A stretch of 63,905 bases of DNA, filler included, from Reclinomonas americana ATCC 50394 (GCA_048213135.1; 5 parts of 4 records of this genome joined end to end with filler, not necessarily neighbours in it), one strand, 5' to 3'. Numbered from the whole stretch's first letter, positions 13,768 to 26,824 are shown. Numbers and translations are program-made. The notes: generated by a model not told the origin, from the letters alone.

Positions 13768-16700
13768 GACCTTGCGCTCGCCGGCTCCACGGCGTCCGGA
13801 GTGACGGAAGCCGCCTTCCTGCTCCTTGGTGGTGGTCGAGGTCGTTGTCTTGGCGCCTGTGCGTTTCTTTGGTCGCGTGCGACCCGAGTGCACGCGACCG
13901 GCGCCTGTGGTGGTCGCGCCTGTCGTTGTCGTGCGCTCTTCTTCTTCTTCCTCCTCGCCTTCCTCTTCGCCTTCCTCCTCGTCCTCCTCCGTCGTGGTGG
14001 TGCCCGTGAGCACATCCGTGACCTTGCCGACGGTCTGCTTCAGCTTGTCGGTCCAGGTGCCGCCTTCCTGCTCCTTGCCGGTGCCGGTGATGACGTCCTT
14101 GACCTTGCCGACGGTCTGCTTGACCGTGTCCTTGAGCTTGTCGGTCCAGCCCTCTTCTTCCTCCTCTTCCTCACCGACATCGGCGGCGCTCACTTCGCGC
14201 TCCGACCAGCGCGTGCGCTGGTCCTTGTCGCCGCCGCCCGTGACCGACTCGTTGTCTTGCACCTCGCGCTCCGACCAGCGGCCCTCTGGCGGCTCCTCCA
14301 CCTGCGCGGTCTTGGTCTTCTGGCCAGTGGTGCCAAACACGGCATCCTTGGCCTTCTTCAGTCGCTCGCCCCACGTGCGCTTCGTCGCCCGCTCGTCGTC
14401 GTCCTCCTCGTCCTCTTCCTCCTCCTCGCCCTCCCCCTCCTCCTCGCCGCCTCCCGTGATGGCGTCCTTGATGTTGCCGACGCGGTCGACAACACGCTTC
14501 ACGCCCTCCGTTACCGTGTCCTTGACCTTCGAGGCCACATCGGCCGCCTTTTCCATGATGCGGTCCTTCATCGTGGTGGTGGTGGCCTCGCCTTCCTCTT
14601 CCTCTCCTTCTTCATCTTCCTCCCGGTCCACCATCGTCCTCCTGGTCTTGGCCGTGTCGGCCTTGGTGGCCGCCTTGGTCGCCCCGGCCACCGTGTCACT
14701 GACCTTGTCGGCCACGTTGCCGGCGGTCTTGGTCGCTGCCTTGGTCGCCCCCGCGACAGTGTCGCTGACTTGGTCGGCCACCTTGCGGCCGAGCTTCGTG
14801 GCGCCCTTCACCACATCCGTGGCCGTGTCCGTGACCGTGTCCGTGACCGAGCCGGCGCCCTTGGTGGCGCCCTTCACCGTGTCGCTCACCGTGTCGGCAA
14901 TCTTGTGCGCCATGTTGGCGGCGCCCTGCGTGACGGTGTCCTTGATGTTGCCGAGTGTGTCGGCCACCTTGTGCGCCATGCGCCCAATGCCCGTCGTCTC
15001 GTCTGTGGCGGTCTTGGTCTTGCCCTTGCCCGTGAGACTGGTGACGGCGTCCTTGACGCGGGACTCCAGGTCGCCGAGACCCTCGGCCATGGTGCGTCGC
15101 GGCCGTTCCTCAATCTCCTCCTCCTCCGTCACTGTGCTCGTCTCCACGCCCTCATCGGTGTCGGTGCTGGTGCCGGTGATGACATCTTTCAGCTTGCCGG
15201 CCTGGTCCATGAAGCGAGAGGCGCCCTCCTTCACCACGTCCTTGGCCTTGGTCAGCAGGTCGGTGTCCTCCTTGTTCTTCTTCTTGCTGCTGCTGCTGCT
15301 GCTGCCGGTGGTGGCGTGCACGTCGGTGACTGTGTCCTTGATCTTGGAGGCGGTGCGCGTGACCGTGTCTGTGACCTGCGACACCGCGTCGCCGGCCTTG
15401 CCGGTGATGCCGCTGACGCCCTCCTTGATCGTGTCGGTGACGCGCTCCGTCCACCCCTTCTCCTTCTTCTCCTTCTCCTTGTCCTTCGCGGCGGTCTTGT
15501 CCTTGGTGCCAAACACCGCCTCCTTGAACTTGGTCCACGTGGATTTCGTCGTGGTCTCCGCATTCAGCATGTCAATGAAGCGGTACACAAAGGCGTATGC
15601 TATGCAGAGGGGGTGAGGTGGTGTGGGAGAAATGAAATAGCAAAAAGGCGACGCAACCATCGCTCCAGAAGCGAGCTGCACGGAGATAAGAGGAGAAGTG
15701 ATGAGCCACATCAGTAAATTGAATTGTCGACAGTCCACTCACAAACCAGTGAGCAAGTTGCCGTCCTGATAGATGAACGCATGCGTGTGGTCGTCCTCGG
15801 TGCCGGGGAACAGCGGCGCCAGCATGTCTGTCGGTCCGGGAACGTATTGCTCGCTCGGATCCTTCAGCGCATCAGTGATCTCGTCGGCTACAAAGTTCGG
15901 GTGCGTGGTGCTGAGGGCGTAGTCGCCCATGCCGCCGAGCAGCCGGAAGGTCCAGTAGTTGGCTCGCTCCAAGTACTTCGGCAGTGTCGTCACCTTGCGG
16001 TCGTAGATGATGCTCTGGTCCTTGTTGGCGGGGTCACGAGCGCGCGCCAGCACCACGGTGCCGTGGCAAATGGCGCCGACGGGCACAGTGCCGTCGCGCA
16101 GGTGGAGTGCTTTGCGGGCGATGCGTTGCACGGTGGGGCTCTCCAGGTACTGCCGCATGCCGGGGGCGTGGCCGCCGACGAACAGGAACCCTGCGCGGAG
16201 GGGAAGGGGGAGAGAGGGGAAGGGGGGGGGGGAGGAGGGGAAGGGGGGGAGGGGGAGGAGGGGAAGGGGAAGGGGGAAGGGGGAAGGGGAAGGGGGAAGG
16301 GGAAGGGGAAGGGGAAGGGAAATAAGGGGGGCGAGAGAGGGGACGAGGCATGAGTGGAAGTGAGTGAGGGACAGGAAAAAAGGGCGAGAGAGGAAAAGGG
16401 AGCGAGAGCGAGAAAGAAAGGGAGCGAGGGAGAGGAAAAGGGGGCGAGAGTGAGAAAGAAAGGGAGCGAGGGAGAGGAAAAGCGGGCGAGAGTGAGAAGA
16501 GAAGTGAAAATGCATATGCAACGGGAGAAATCCACCAAACAGACAGCACGAACTGAAGGCGAGGGACATGAGCAAACGATATCAGAGGCGCCTTTCTCCT
16601 CTCACTTTCTGATCAGCCTGCAGCTGAGCTTTCTAACCGGTAAAAAGATGTGTGGTTGATGTCACGGTGCGCAAGATCACAAGATAGACAACACTTCAGT

Positions 16701-17540
16701 CGAGTGTGCAACGATAGCGAGAGCAGAACGACACAAAGGACAAAGAATGCTGGAACTGCAGAGGGAGTTCGGAGGAGAGCAACAAGGCAGCAAGCAACAC
16801 AAGGCGACGGATTTTGACAACAGGAGATTGTAAACAACGGGAGCAAGGAATGATCAACAACAAAAGATACAGTGTGCGGCGACTGCCAGAAACCAACCAT
16901 CGAACGAGTCGATATTGTCGAGAGCGTCGCCCCACGTAATGGGCTTGGAGAAGGCCGGGTCCAGAATCATCTCTGCACACGCGCACATCCCCGTGATGAG
17001 CAACGCGTGCCCCTCTCTCACTTCCCACACACCCTCCACTCACGTTCGTACGCCGCCTTGGCCTCGTCGGACGCCTGCAATAACGCACCGCCAAGAATGC
17101 CTTTGATGGTGGCTGGATCGGCTTGCGGCGCTTTGCCATGTTCCGTGGCCACCACCACCTTGTTGCCGGCACGGGTGAGCGCCAGCCACGGAATGGAGGC
17201 TGTGATGAAAAAAGCGTGTGTGTGAGGAATCCAGAGCTCGGAAAAAAGATTCAGTTTCGAATAAATTTGTAAAGAAACTAACCCTCCGTCACATCAAAGC
17301 CTTCGTCGGGCAGCGGCATCAGCACACTGCGCAGCGAGCATTCAGCCACCAGGCTGAGGGAGAGAGAGAGAGATAGAAGAGGGCAACAAAGGCAAAGGCA
17401 AGGACGCACATTTTCGGTGTGCCAATCGCCGTTCGCGGGAACGACAGCCGCACATTGTCTGGCGGGTCGGTGCGCGTCACCGTAAAGGCGCCGATCGCAA
17501 GAACCGCCACTAGCGACGCAATGATTGCAGCACGTATCAT
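13747..17540 (-). CDS. Signal-anchor + DJ-1/PfpI (class I GATase-like) domain fused to a ~600-aa LEA-like/acidic repeat tail (~906 aa)
   Basis: Exons 17540-17410, 17326-17283, 17199-17044, 16972-16898, 16190-15747, 15675-15658 and 15599-13747 are all GT-AG and keep one frame (2721 nt). Motifs: LMPLPDEGFDVTEASIPW, GGHAPG, GAICHG (nucleophile Cys), GNLLTARFWSDAYAFVYRFIDML, then K/T/A/D/V-rich repeats (ADKVSDTVAGATKAA) and Glu tracts. Confidence 0.8.
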
Positions 17541-17726
17541 GTTCCTCTCTCTTGCTGGCAAAAGACAAAAGTCGGAATAACTCGTCGAACAAAACTCGTC
17601 GTGGACAACTATACTCTATTCGATGTGTGTAGAGACAAGAAGAAAACAACTACTCACAAGACTTTCACTAGGTCACTGCAAGAAAGATAAAAAGGCAAAA
17701 AAGGTCATCGCAATCAGCGAGTGCAC

Positions 17727-19557
17727 TCAAAGCTCGTCGTGCTTCTTGTCCTGCAAAGAAACACGTTGTTAGCAAACACCCAATCTTCACCCACCCACCA
17801 CATCATCTCCTACTCGCTCACCTTGGCCTTCTCCTTCATCTTCTCCAGCTTGGCCCGTCGTGCCTTGTTCTTGGCCTCCGTCGCCGCCGAGTTGTCCTTC
17901 TTCACCTCGCGCTTGGTCTTCTTGGGGTGCGCATCCTCCTCGGCATCGGCCTCCACCTCCGCCTCGTCGTCGCCGGCATCGTGCGACGGCTTGGCCTTGC
18001 TCGCCTTCTTGGCCTTGCTGGCAGCGGCACCCTTCTTGCCCGCCGCCGCCGCAGCCTTCTTGGTCGACTTCTTCGGCTTCTCCTCCTCCTCGTCGTCGTC
18101 GTCGCCGGCGTCGTCCTCCTCCTCTTCCTCCTCCGCAGCCGCGGCCGCCTTCTTGCCCTTCTTCGTGCGCTTCTCGNNNNNNNNNNNNNNNNNNNNTCCT
18201 CCTCACGCGCCTTGCGCTCCTCCTCCTCGCGCTTCTTCTTGGCCTCCTCCTCGGCCGCGTGCATGTCGCGCTCCGCCTCCTTGGTCTCGCGCCATGTGCG
18301 CTCGGCCAGATCGCGAGCCTCGTCGAAATCGTCGGTCACGATAATGTTGTCGAACACGGTGCCGGACTTGACCTGCCAGATCTCCAGACCGACGGCGCCC
18401 ATCGGGGTGCGCACGTACAACTCTGGGTCGTCCTCAAAGTCGGGGTTGGCGATCTTGGGTGGCGTCCACGGGCCCTTGTAGTCCGGGTTGGGGATCTTGC
18501 GTGGCTTCCACGCACCCTTCCACTGCGGGTTCTTGATCTGCGGCGGCGACCACTCGCCATCCTCCTCCTCGTCCCAGTGCTCCGGCTGCTTGGCGTTGGG
18601 ATCGTCAATCATCTCCGGCATCTTGTCCCAGTCCTCCGGCTTGGTGTCGGCGGGGTCGTCAATCTCGCGCTCGTCGACCCAATCGTCGGGCTTCTTGGCG
18701 TCCGGATCGTCAATCTCGCGCGGCGGCAGAATGTCCCAGTCGTCGACCAGGCTGCCCGACTCGCGCTTCTCCAAATCGACGTACACCTCGTAGGTGTTGT
18801 CGGGGTGCAGCACCAGCGAGTAGACGTGCGTCAGCGTGTCGGTCTCGCAGCGCGGCTCCTTCTTCCACAGATAGTTCTTGCCGGCGTGCGAGAAGATGAG
18901 GTGGATCTTGCGCGTCGAGTAGCCGCAAATGTCGGGACCAAACATGATCTCGTAGGGCGAGTCGCCGTTGAAGTGGCCGAGGTTGTCGACGTCGGAGGCC
19001 GGCAGCAGCTTCAAGTAGGCGCCGCCGCAGTCGATCTCCTGCTCGTGCTTGACCGAGAATTGGAAGACGAGGTCCTTGCCGCGGTTGTCGAAGACCTTGT
19101 CCATTTTGGTGGAGTAGGCGTAGAAGCGGGCGTCCTCCGAGGTTTGCATGCCTGCAAAANNNNNNNNNNNNNNNNNNNNGGGGGAAAGGGAAGTGAGCAA
19201 AGGGGGAGGGAGAGAAAGGGAAGGGAGAGAAAGAGAGCAGTCCTCTCATCCGATCGATCTGCCTTCAAGGGCGATGCAATAACGAAAGTAATTAGAGAAA
19301 GAGAAAGAGAGAGAGAGAGATCAGCGTGAGAGAGCAGAAGGAGAGTGAGAGTCGGCTGTCATGCAATCAATGTATTGTTGACAAGAGCCGCCGGAAAAAC
19401 GGAAGACACACACAGAACGAAAGCTGCATCGCCACCCGAATGAGACGAGAAGAGAACACGATGAAAACACGATGAAAAGTGGCATCGGAGGGCACCAAAA
19501 AGTAAAGAAGAGAGAGTGATCCGACAGTATGAACGATGCAACACAGAAGTAGTTTGA

Positions 19558-19588
<31 letters not shown>

Positions 19589-20245
19589 TGTGCGTGTGTG
19601 TGGGAGTGAGTGAGAGAGAGAAAGCAGACACAGCGTGAGAGTCGGTCATCATGCAAGTTGACAAGAGTCGCCGGAAAAAAAGACACTCAGACACACACAT
19701 CGCCACGCGAATGAGAACACGATGAAAACACGATGAAAACACGATGAGAACACGATGAAAAGTGGCATCGGAGGAAGGTAAAGGAGAGAGCCGGTTTGAC
19801 GACACGTGTCACACACAACATCGACACGTCATCAGCATCGCAGGCACTGATGAGAGGAAGGGGCGATCGCAGACGCAAGAGAGAGAGAGACACGTGTGTG
19901 TGTGTGAGAGAGAGACAGAGAGAAAGAGTGTGCGTGAGTGCGTGTGTGTGCACATGTCCATTTCTCCGTACCCTTATTGACATCCTCATCGCCGTACCAC
20001 TTTCCCGCCGTCCACCGCAGCTTTCCCGCCATTCCATCGCTCTTGCGATGATCGCTCTGCTTCCAGTGACTCACACCCTGTCAAAGCACAAAAAAAGTCA
20101 GTCACACAAAGAGTGATCGAAATTGCGTCATCACTGTGGACGCAACTGACTTGAATTCGTCTTGGAAGTACACCTCGCCCAGCACGCTGCTTGCGATGCA
20201 CAGGCAGCATAGCGCAATGATGGCGATGATCGCGCCCGCTCGCAT
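17727..20245 (-). CDS. CALR: Calreticulin
   Basis: Signal peptide MRAGAIIAIIALCCLCIASSVLG-EVYFQDEF; QTSEDARFYA, QFSVKHEQEIDCGGAYLKL, IMFGPDICG, IDDPDAKKPDDW and GxWxPPxIxNPxY P-domain repeats. Terminal exon 17750-17727 encodes DKKHDEL*. Confidence 0.97.
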
Positions 20246-20953
20246 GTCTCCTCTCCTCACGAAAAATGAATGTGTGACAATCTCGCTCGCGCAAAGAAAT
20301 GTCCATTTCCCGGTTTGAGAAGAGTGCAGAATGACCGACGAGCGATTCAGGAAGCAATGGCGTGTGGTATGAAGCAGAGAGGATACACGCTGATCCGTCC
20401 GGAAGTCGATCGCAAGTGCACGTGAATTCGAAAAATACAATTGCCAAGGACATCGACACTTTGTGATCCCAGAATTCGAATATGAAGCTGGTGGCGCAGG
20501 TAATTATGCCCATGGTTTCAAGCAGAAGAGTGAGGATGCTGCCGCGAAAGTCGTGCATTTCGAATGACGAATTCCCTTGCAATTGCAAATCTCATCAGCG
20601 CTAGCTGCAGCTGGGCTTTCTTTGGAAAGACAACAGGATGCCTGCAATCCGGAGACTAATAGTCCGACTACAATGTCAGGAATCGCAAAAAGCATTCTGC
20701 TCCCCTGCTTCTACCGCCGCGCGCCGCTGCAATTGAATTCTTGGATCCGCATTTGCAAATTGTCCATCGAGGTATTCTTGCATTTTTCCCTCGAAGATGA
20801 TCATGATGTATTCCAGACAAGCGGGTCTCCCAGTTGCGAATGCTGTTGGAAGGAAGAACAAAGAATGCTGTTCCGCGAAAGTTGAGGGTGACAGTTCTGC
20901 TCGCGCACGGAACTGTCCACACAAATTCTTTCTTCACTGTTGGGAGCGCACCA

Positions 20954-23900
20954 ATGTCACACCCTTGGCACGGTTTGTCTTCCCTTTGAGTGCTTGTGCG
21001 TGTGCGTGCAGACAGCGTTGCTTGTTCTGTGTTTGTTTGCATGTGCGTGGTTTGCAGTTTGTCACTTGACATGTCTCACTCAACTTCTTGTTTGTGTTGT
21101 TGCTTGCTTGCAGATGTGGATGTGGGCGACAAGGCGCCAGAGGAGTTCAATGTCGTCGTTGCGTTTGCGTTGTCTTTTGTGTTCGTGTTTTGTTTGTGTG
21201 AACATGTGTACAAATGTCGCGCTCTTCTCTTGTCTTTCTTTTATCTTCTGCTTCTGTTTGCTTACTTGCTTTCTCTTCTGTGATTNNNNNNNNNNNNNNN
21301 NNNNNNNNNNNNNNNNNNNNNNNNNNNNNNNNNNNNNNNNNNNNNNNNNNNNNNNNNNNNNNNNNNNNNNNNNNNNNNNNNNNNNNNNNNNNNNNNNNNN
21401 NNNNNNNNNNNNNNNNNNNNNNNNNNNNNNNNNNNNNNNNNNNNNNNNNNNNNNNNNNNNNNNNNNNNNNNNNNNNNNNNNNNNNNNNNNNNNNNNNNNN
21501 NNNNNNNNNNNNNNNCCCTTCCCTTCCCTTCCCTTCCCTTCCCTCCCTCCCTTTCTCTCTCTCTCTCTCTCCCTCTTCTTGCTCTCGCTCCCTTTCCTCA
21601 CTCCTCTCACCCCCTCCTTCACTCTCGCTCCCTTCCGCTTACACCTCGTCCCCTTCTCCTCCCTCGCAGTGATGTACCCGGCCAACTACGGCTTCATCCC
21701 CCAGACATATCACCTGGACCACGACCCGCTCGACATTTTGGTGCTCATGCAGGAGCCAGTGGTTCCCATGTCGATTTTGCGAGTCAAGGTGAGCGCGGTG
21801 GTCTCGCTTCCCTCTTATCTCCTCCTTTGCGCTTCTGTCTCCACCCTTGCGCCTCACTCCCAGCCCCTATTCCTCTCCCTTCACCTTTCTCTCTGCCCGT
21901 TTTCCTCTCCCTTCACCGTTTCCTTCCTGTCCTCTTCTACCTTCTCCCTTCTCTTCTCCCTTCTCCTTTCTTCTCCCTTCCCCTTTTCCTCTCCCTTCCC
22001 CCTTCCCCTCTTCTCCCTTTCACTGCCTCGCAGAGTCACGGTTACTGAACTACATTATGACTTAATCGTGCTGAGCGTGGGCTAGAGTAATGACTCTTTA
22101 CCTTCTTCGAACGCATATCTGCTCTGCCGTCTTCCTTCTGGCACTGTTGGGTACGAAGTCGGAAATAGACATTTTTTCCTCACCTCCTTCCTACTTCCTC
22201 CCTCCCCTTCTTTCTCTTTCTTGTTTGCCGCTGGCTGACTTTTGTCGCTTCGTGTGATGACAGCCCATCGGCGTGATGAACATGGTGGATCAGGGCGAGG
22301 CGGACGACAAGATCATTTGCGTGTTGCGTCACTCCGCCAAGTTCCTTTCTCCACTCAGTGATGTGCTTGCTGACATGTCGCTCCCAATGCAGTCACATGG
22401 ACGACCCAAGCTACAACACCATCAACAGGTACAGTCCCTCGGCTGTTGATACAGAGAAACGTGTTCTTTTGAGTGTTGCTCCTGCTGTGCCGGGGTACTC
22501 CTCTCACTCTCGAATTCACTCAAATCTCATTGCCTTGCCTGTTTTCCCCAAACTTTTTCTCTGCCTCCTCTCTTCTGCCTGCCTTCTCCTCTCGCTCTCG
22601 CATCTCCTCCCCCTTCTCCTCCTTCTCCCTTGCCCCTTTCCCTTCTCCCTTCGCCTTCTCCCCCCTTCGCCTTATCTCCTTTCCCCGTTCTCCCCCCTTT
22701 CTCCCCCCTTCTCCCCCCTCTCCCCCCTCTTCCTATCATCGCATTTTTATTACTCCGTGCGCCCTGCGTCTCCATGGCCACGCGTGTTTCATGCAGTGCG
22801 AAGATCAACTTGCTTGGTTTTATTAGCAAGCCTCTTGTATGTGTGTGTGCGTGTCGTGTGGGTGTTTTCCACGTTCTTGTGTGAGGAGGGGCGCTCTACA
22901 TGGTCGGCGAGTCTTGGGGTCGGGGTGCGGGATGTGGGTGGGCTCGATGTCGGCGGTGGTGGTGTGGATTGGTTTCGTTTCCGTTTGGGTCACGGGGTTT
23001 TCAATCGTCGCGGCAATTTTACTTTGGTGTGCTTTAGAGCGCGGGGGACCAATGTGGGTCGTGTGTTGTTTTGGGCGTTGGTTGAGGGCTGGGTGTTTCG
23101 GTTGTGGAGTGGTTGGCCGTGGAGGGTCTGGAAGGGCTTTTGCTGGTGCCGTGTACATGCCATTCCCGGTGTGCTGTGTGTGCGTGCAAGGGCGTGCGGT
23201 GCTGCTTTGAGGGTCTCTTGTCTTGCTCGTCGGCCGGTGGCCGTGTTGGTGGCTTGCCTCGGTGTCTGTCGACTGCGCTGTGCCGAGGTTTTCTCGGTCG
23301 GTGCTGGTCGCAGACGTTGGGGTGCCACCGCTGCACGGTTGCATCGTGTCGCACGGCAGCCCCCACTGCACGTCCTGCGCGCACACACACGCACTGGTGT
23401 TTGATGGTGGCGCTGGCGATTGCCTTTTTGTTGGCCTTTTGCGACCAGCTCCACACTGCCCCGGTTTCGTTTGCAGACCACGTCTGAGCCTCGCTACCTG
23501 CATTCCTCGCGCTTTGCGTACCGTGTTGTTGTCGTGCGATCCCGCCCCTGCGGCGCACTCCACGTCTTGCTGATTCGGGTCTCTCCTCCTGCGCTCTGCT
23601 CTGTCTCTCCGACTGCCTCGCCTTGCACTTGACGTGGCCCCGCGCGGCCGTGCACGCCTAGTCTGGGGTGTTCTTGTCAGTCGACCGAGCGACATTCCTT
23701 TTCTCTCTCCCTCTTTTCTCCTGCATCACATTGGATGCTGACGGTTTCTCCCTCTGCACACGCACGCAGCATTGACGAGTTGCAGCCGCACCGTCTGGCC
23801 GAGGTGAAGCGCTTCTTTGAGGACTACAAGGCGCTGGAGAAGGGCAAGGTGGTGGAGGTGCCGGGGTACAAGGGCCCGGAGGAGGCCAAGCGCCTCATTT

Positions 23901-24001
23901 CGGAGGGCATGGCCATGTACCAGGAGCTGAAGGATCAGCTGCGCGCCGGTTCGTCGGCGGCCGCCCACGCAGCGGCCCCGGCAGCGTCGGGATCGCACTG
24001 A
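20954..24001 (+). CDS. PPA: Soluble inorganic pyrophosphatase, family I (HPWHD-type)
   Basis: Spliced exons give [21 protein letters not shown]...[21 protein letters not shown]...[18 protein letters not shown]...RFFEDYK. One exon is hidden in the N gap 21286-21515. Confidence 0.93.
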
Positions 24002-24115
24002 GCTGCGAGAAATGGTTGAAATTTGTTGTAAAATTGGATGTGGTTTTTGTAATCATCTCTCTTGTGTTGTGTTGCGCGGGTGAGAAGAGGGCAGAGCACA
24101 AAGAGGAGAAAAAGG

Positions 24116-25354
24116 ATGAGTTCGGCGGCTGCTGTTGTCACGGCGGCGTCTCCGAGCTCGTCGCCAGCAGCTGGTGTCGCGCAAGTGCGATTGATGGAAA
24201 AGGCGCCGGAGGACGCAGAGGAGGAGAGCGAAGTGAGGATTGTCCTTGATGAGGAGGTATGTGTGTGTGTGTGTGAGAGAGAGGGAGAAGAGGGGGAAGA
24301 GAGGAGAAAGAAAGAGTGGGAGAGTGTGCGGAGTTATTAATGCATTTCTTGTTTTGTGTGCGTGCTTGTTTGGTGCGTGTGCCTGTGCGAAAGAGAGAGA
24401 GAGAGAGTGAGAGAAAAGGAGAGGGAGAGGGAGAGAAGTGAGCATGTGTGCGACAGAAATGAGGGAGATTAGACCTTTGCCTCTCTCTCATGGAGAGATC
24501 ACGGATCAGGGGAAGCCCTGTTGCCGAGATGATGGCAGGCAACCACTCCACATAGAGCATCGTGACAAGATGATGAGAATTAAGAGAGAGAGAGGGAATC
24601 AATCGTCACTCACAATTCCTTCTTCTCCTTGCAGGCCGCCGTCGACTGGCGCCTCTCCCCCTTCAGCCCCGAGCTCGCCTCCGTCGCCGTCTTCCCCGGC
24701 CGTCGCGCCACCACCAACACCCGCACCATCTCCTCCGCGGCCTTCTTTGCCCCGCTGCTCAACAACGCCGGCCCCTTTCTCATTGCCGGCGAGCTGCCAG
24801 CCACTGATGTCCGCGATCCGGCCGTCGGCGAGCTGGAACCCGGATCGGCGGAGCCGAGCACGTACACGGGTCCGCCGCCGGTCCTTATCGCACCGGCCAA
24901 TCCACGCATGGCCAGGCACCTGCATCATGGAATGTACATGGTGCCGCAGTGGCCTCCGGCGCCGCTGCAGCAGGTGGAGCTGAGCGGCGTGCGGAGAATG
25001 CACACGCAGAATGTGTGGATGCTGGTGTGCGGTGCGACAATGGCACTGGTGACGCTCGTGCAGCACGTGTTGGTGCTGGCGACGATGGTGTGGTTGTTTG
25101 TGACTGGGCAGGTCGGGTTTGGCGTGCTGCTGCTGATCGTGTTGACGGTGGAGGTGGTGTTGGGGTCGGTGTATGTGGTGCGGTGGAGGTATCACTTGAT
25201 GAATGCGGTCGGGATGACGGTGTTCAATCCGGCGGTGACCGGCTGCTGCGAGTTTTTGCTGTCGTGGCGCATGGGATTACATTGGTGTACGTGTGGGGCG
25301 GCCTATGCGCCGATGCTGGCGTCGCTGGAGGCGACCAAGGTGGTGACCAATAAG
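24116..25354 (+). CDS. Multi-pass membrane protein, 3'-truncated (weak resemblance to XK-related N-terminal helices)
   Basis: Exon 24116-24256 splices in frame to 24635-25354. Hydrophobic helices VWMLVCGATMALVTLVQHVLVLATMVWLFVTGQVGFGVLLLIVLTVEVVLGSVYVV. The piece ends before a stop is found. Confidence 0.6.
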
Positions 25355-26531
25355 GTGCGAAGAAGGGGAAGGGTGGTAAAGGGAGCAAAGGGGAAGAGAG
25401 AGAATACGGCCGTGTTGGGTCGCTTTCTCCTCTTTTTTTCAGTTGCTGTATCGTGTTTTCTTGGCTTTTGTTTTCTTCGTCTGCTGCTGCTGCTGCTGTT
25501 GTTGTTGGTGTCCTTCGTCCATGTCGTGTTGTTCTTCATTTATTCTTGTTGTCTTGGTCTGTGTTGTTGCTGTTGTTGTTTGGAGTGTTTGTACTCGTGT
25601 GTTGTATTATTGCCTTGCTGTGTTCTAGAATTCTGTTGTTCTCCGATTTCTCATGCGTCTCAATAGCCGTGCATTGTTCTTTCTTTGGCTCTGGTGTCGC
25701 TGATGTTCATCTTCTTGTCGTGTTGGTGTTGTTTGATTGTTTGTGCACGTTCTCTGTATGATTACGTTTGTTTTCTTTCATCTTTGGCTTATCTTCCTCT
25801 TCCTTGATACTCTTGTTGTTTTTGTTGGCGTCCGGCATCTCTTTCCTTCTTGTAGTCGCACTGTCTCCGTCATACCCCTCTTCCCTCTCATTCTTGTTGC
25901 CATTCTGCTGCTGACGCCGCTGTTGTTGTTGTTTTCCTTCGTCCTTTTCGAATTCTTCTTGTTTTGTTCTTTGTTGTTGCTGGTATTGTTTTTATTGTTA
26001 GTGCACGTGTGCTGCATCATTGTCTTGCCGTGTTCTGTTGTTCTCCAATTTCTCATGCGTCTCTATAGCCGTGCATTCTTCTTTCTTTCCTTGGCTCTGT
26101 TGTTGTTGACATTTTGTTCTTCTTCTTGTCGTGTTGTTATTTTGATTGTTAGCGCTCGTGTACTGTCTTGTTTTCTCTTCCTCTTCCCCCTTTCAAGTTA
26201 ACCTTGCTTCTCTGTTTTTCTTCTTCTTGTTGTTGTTGTTGGTCTTCTTCTCCTTCTTCTTCTTCGTTTTCTTTTGTTTCTTCATTGTACCTCGCTCTGT
26301 TGTTGTTGCTGCAGGTGTGGGAGTTGCGTATGGTTGCCTTCTACATGGCTTGCTCTTTATCCCTTCCCCCTTGTCTCTCTTTGTCTCTCCGTGTCTCTCT
26401 GCGCCTCTCTCTCTCTCTCTCTCTCTCTCCCTCTCTCTTCTTCCTTCCTTCCTTCCTTCCTCTCTCTACACGACGACTACGCGTCGCGACGACGCGTCCG
26501 TCGTCCGTCCGTCCGTACCTACCTACCTACC

Positions 26532-26631
26532 NNNNNNNNNNNNNNNNNNNNNNNNNNNNNNNNNNNNNNNNNNNNTTAATTAATTAANNNNNNNNNNNNN
26601 NNNNNNNNNNNNNNNNNNNNNNNNNNNNNNN
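26532..26631. other. Artificial contig linker (N-TTAATTAATTAA-N)
   Basis: TTAATTAATTAA (stops in all six frames) at 26576-26587 flanked by N runs; the same linker recurs three more times. Confidence 0.95.
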
Positions 26632-26793
26632 TGCAACGCGCAGTGCAGTAAGCGAGAGGGAGAGGGAGAGGGAGAGGGAGAGTGCTACACAGTACAGACA
26701 GGATGTGTTGCACATGCGCGCATAGTCAGAGATGCAACCCATGAACACAAATGCGCAGCAGCATGGAGATTCTATCCACATGAACGGAGAAAT

Positions 26794-26824
<31 letters not shown>

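Noticed and set aside
13669-15717. 682-aa and 596-aa plus-strand ORFs
   Set aside because: Antisense shadows of the GC3-biased LEA-like exon on the minus strand.
20000-20030. Two TTTCCCGCC E2F-like motifs
   Set aside because: They lie in calreticulin exon 2 and encode MAGK/TAGK on the minus strand.
20280-20930. Short ORFs between calreticulin and pyrophosphatase
   Set aside because: No recognisable motif, low GC3 and no convincing splice chain; treated as a divergent promoter region.
26576-26587. TTAATTAATTAA palindrome recurring four times (also 50698, 60482, 62743)
   Set aside because: It is always embedded in equal N runs; a six-frame-stop linker used to concatenate contigs, not biology.
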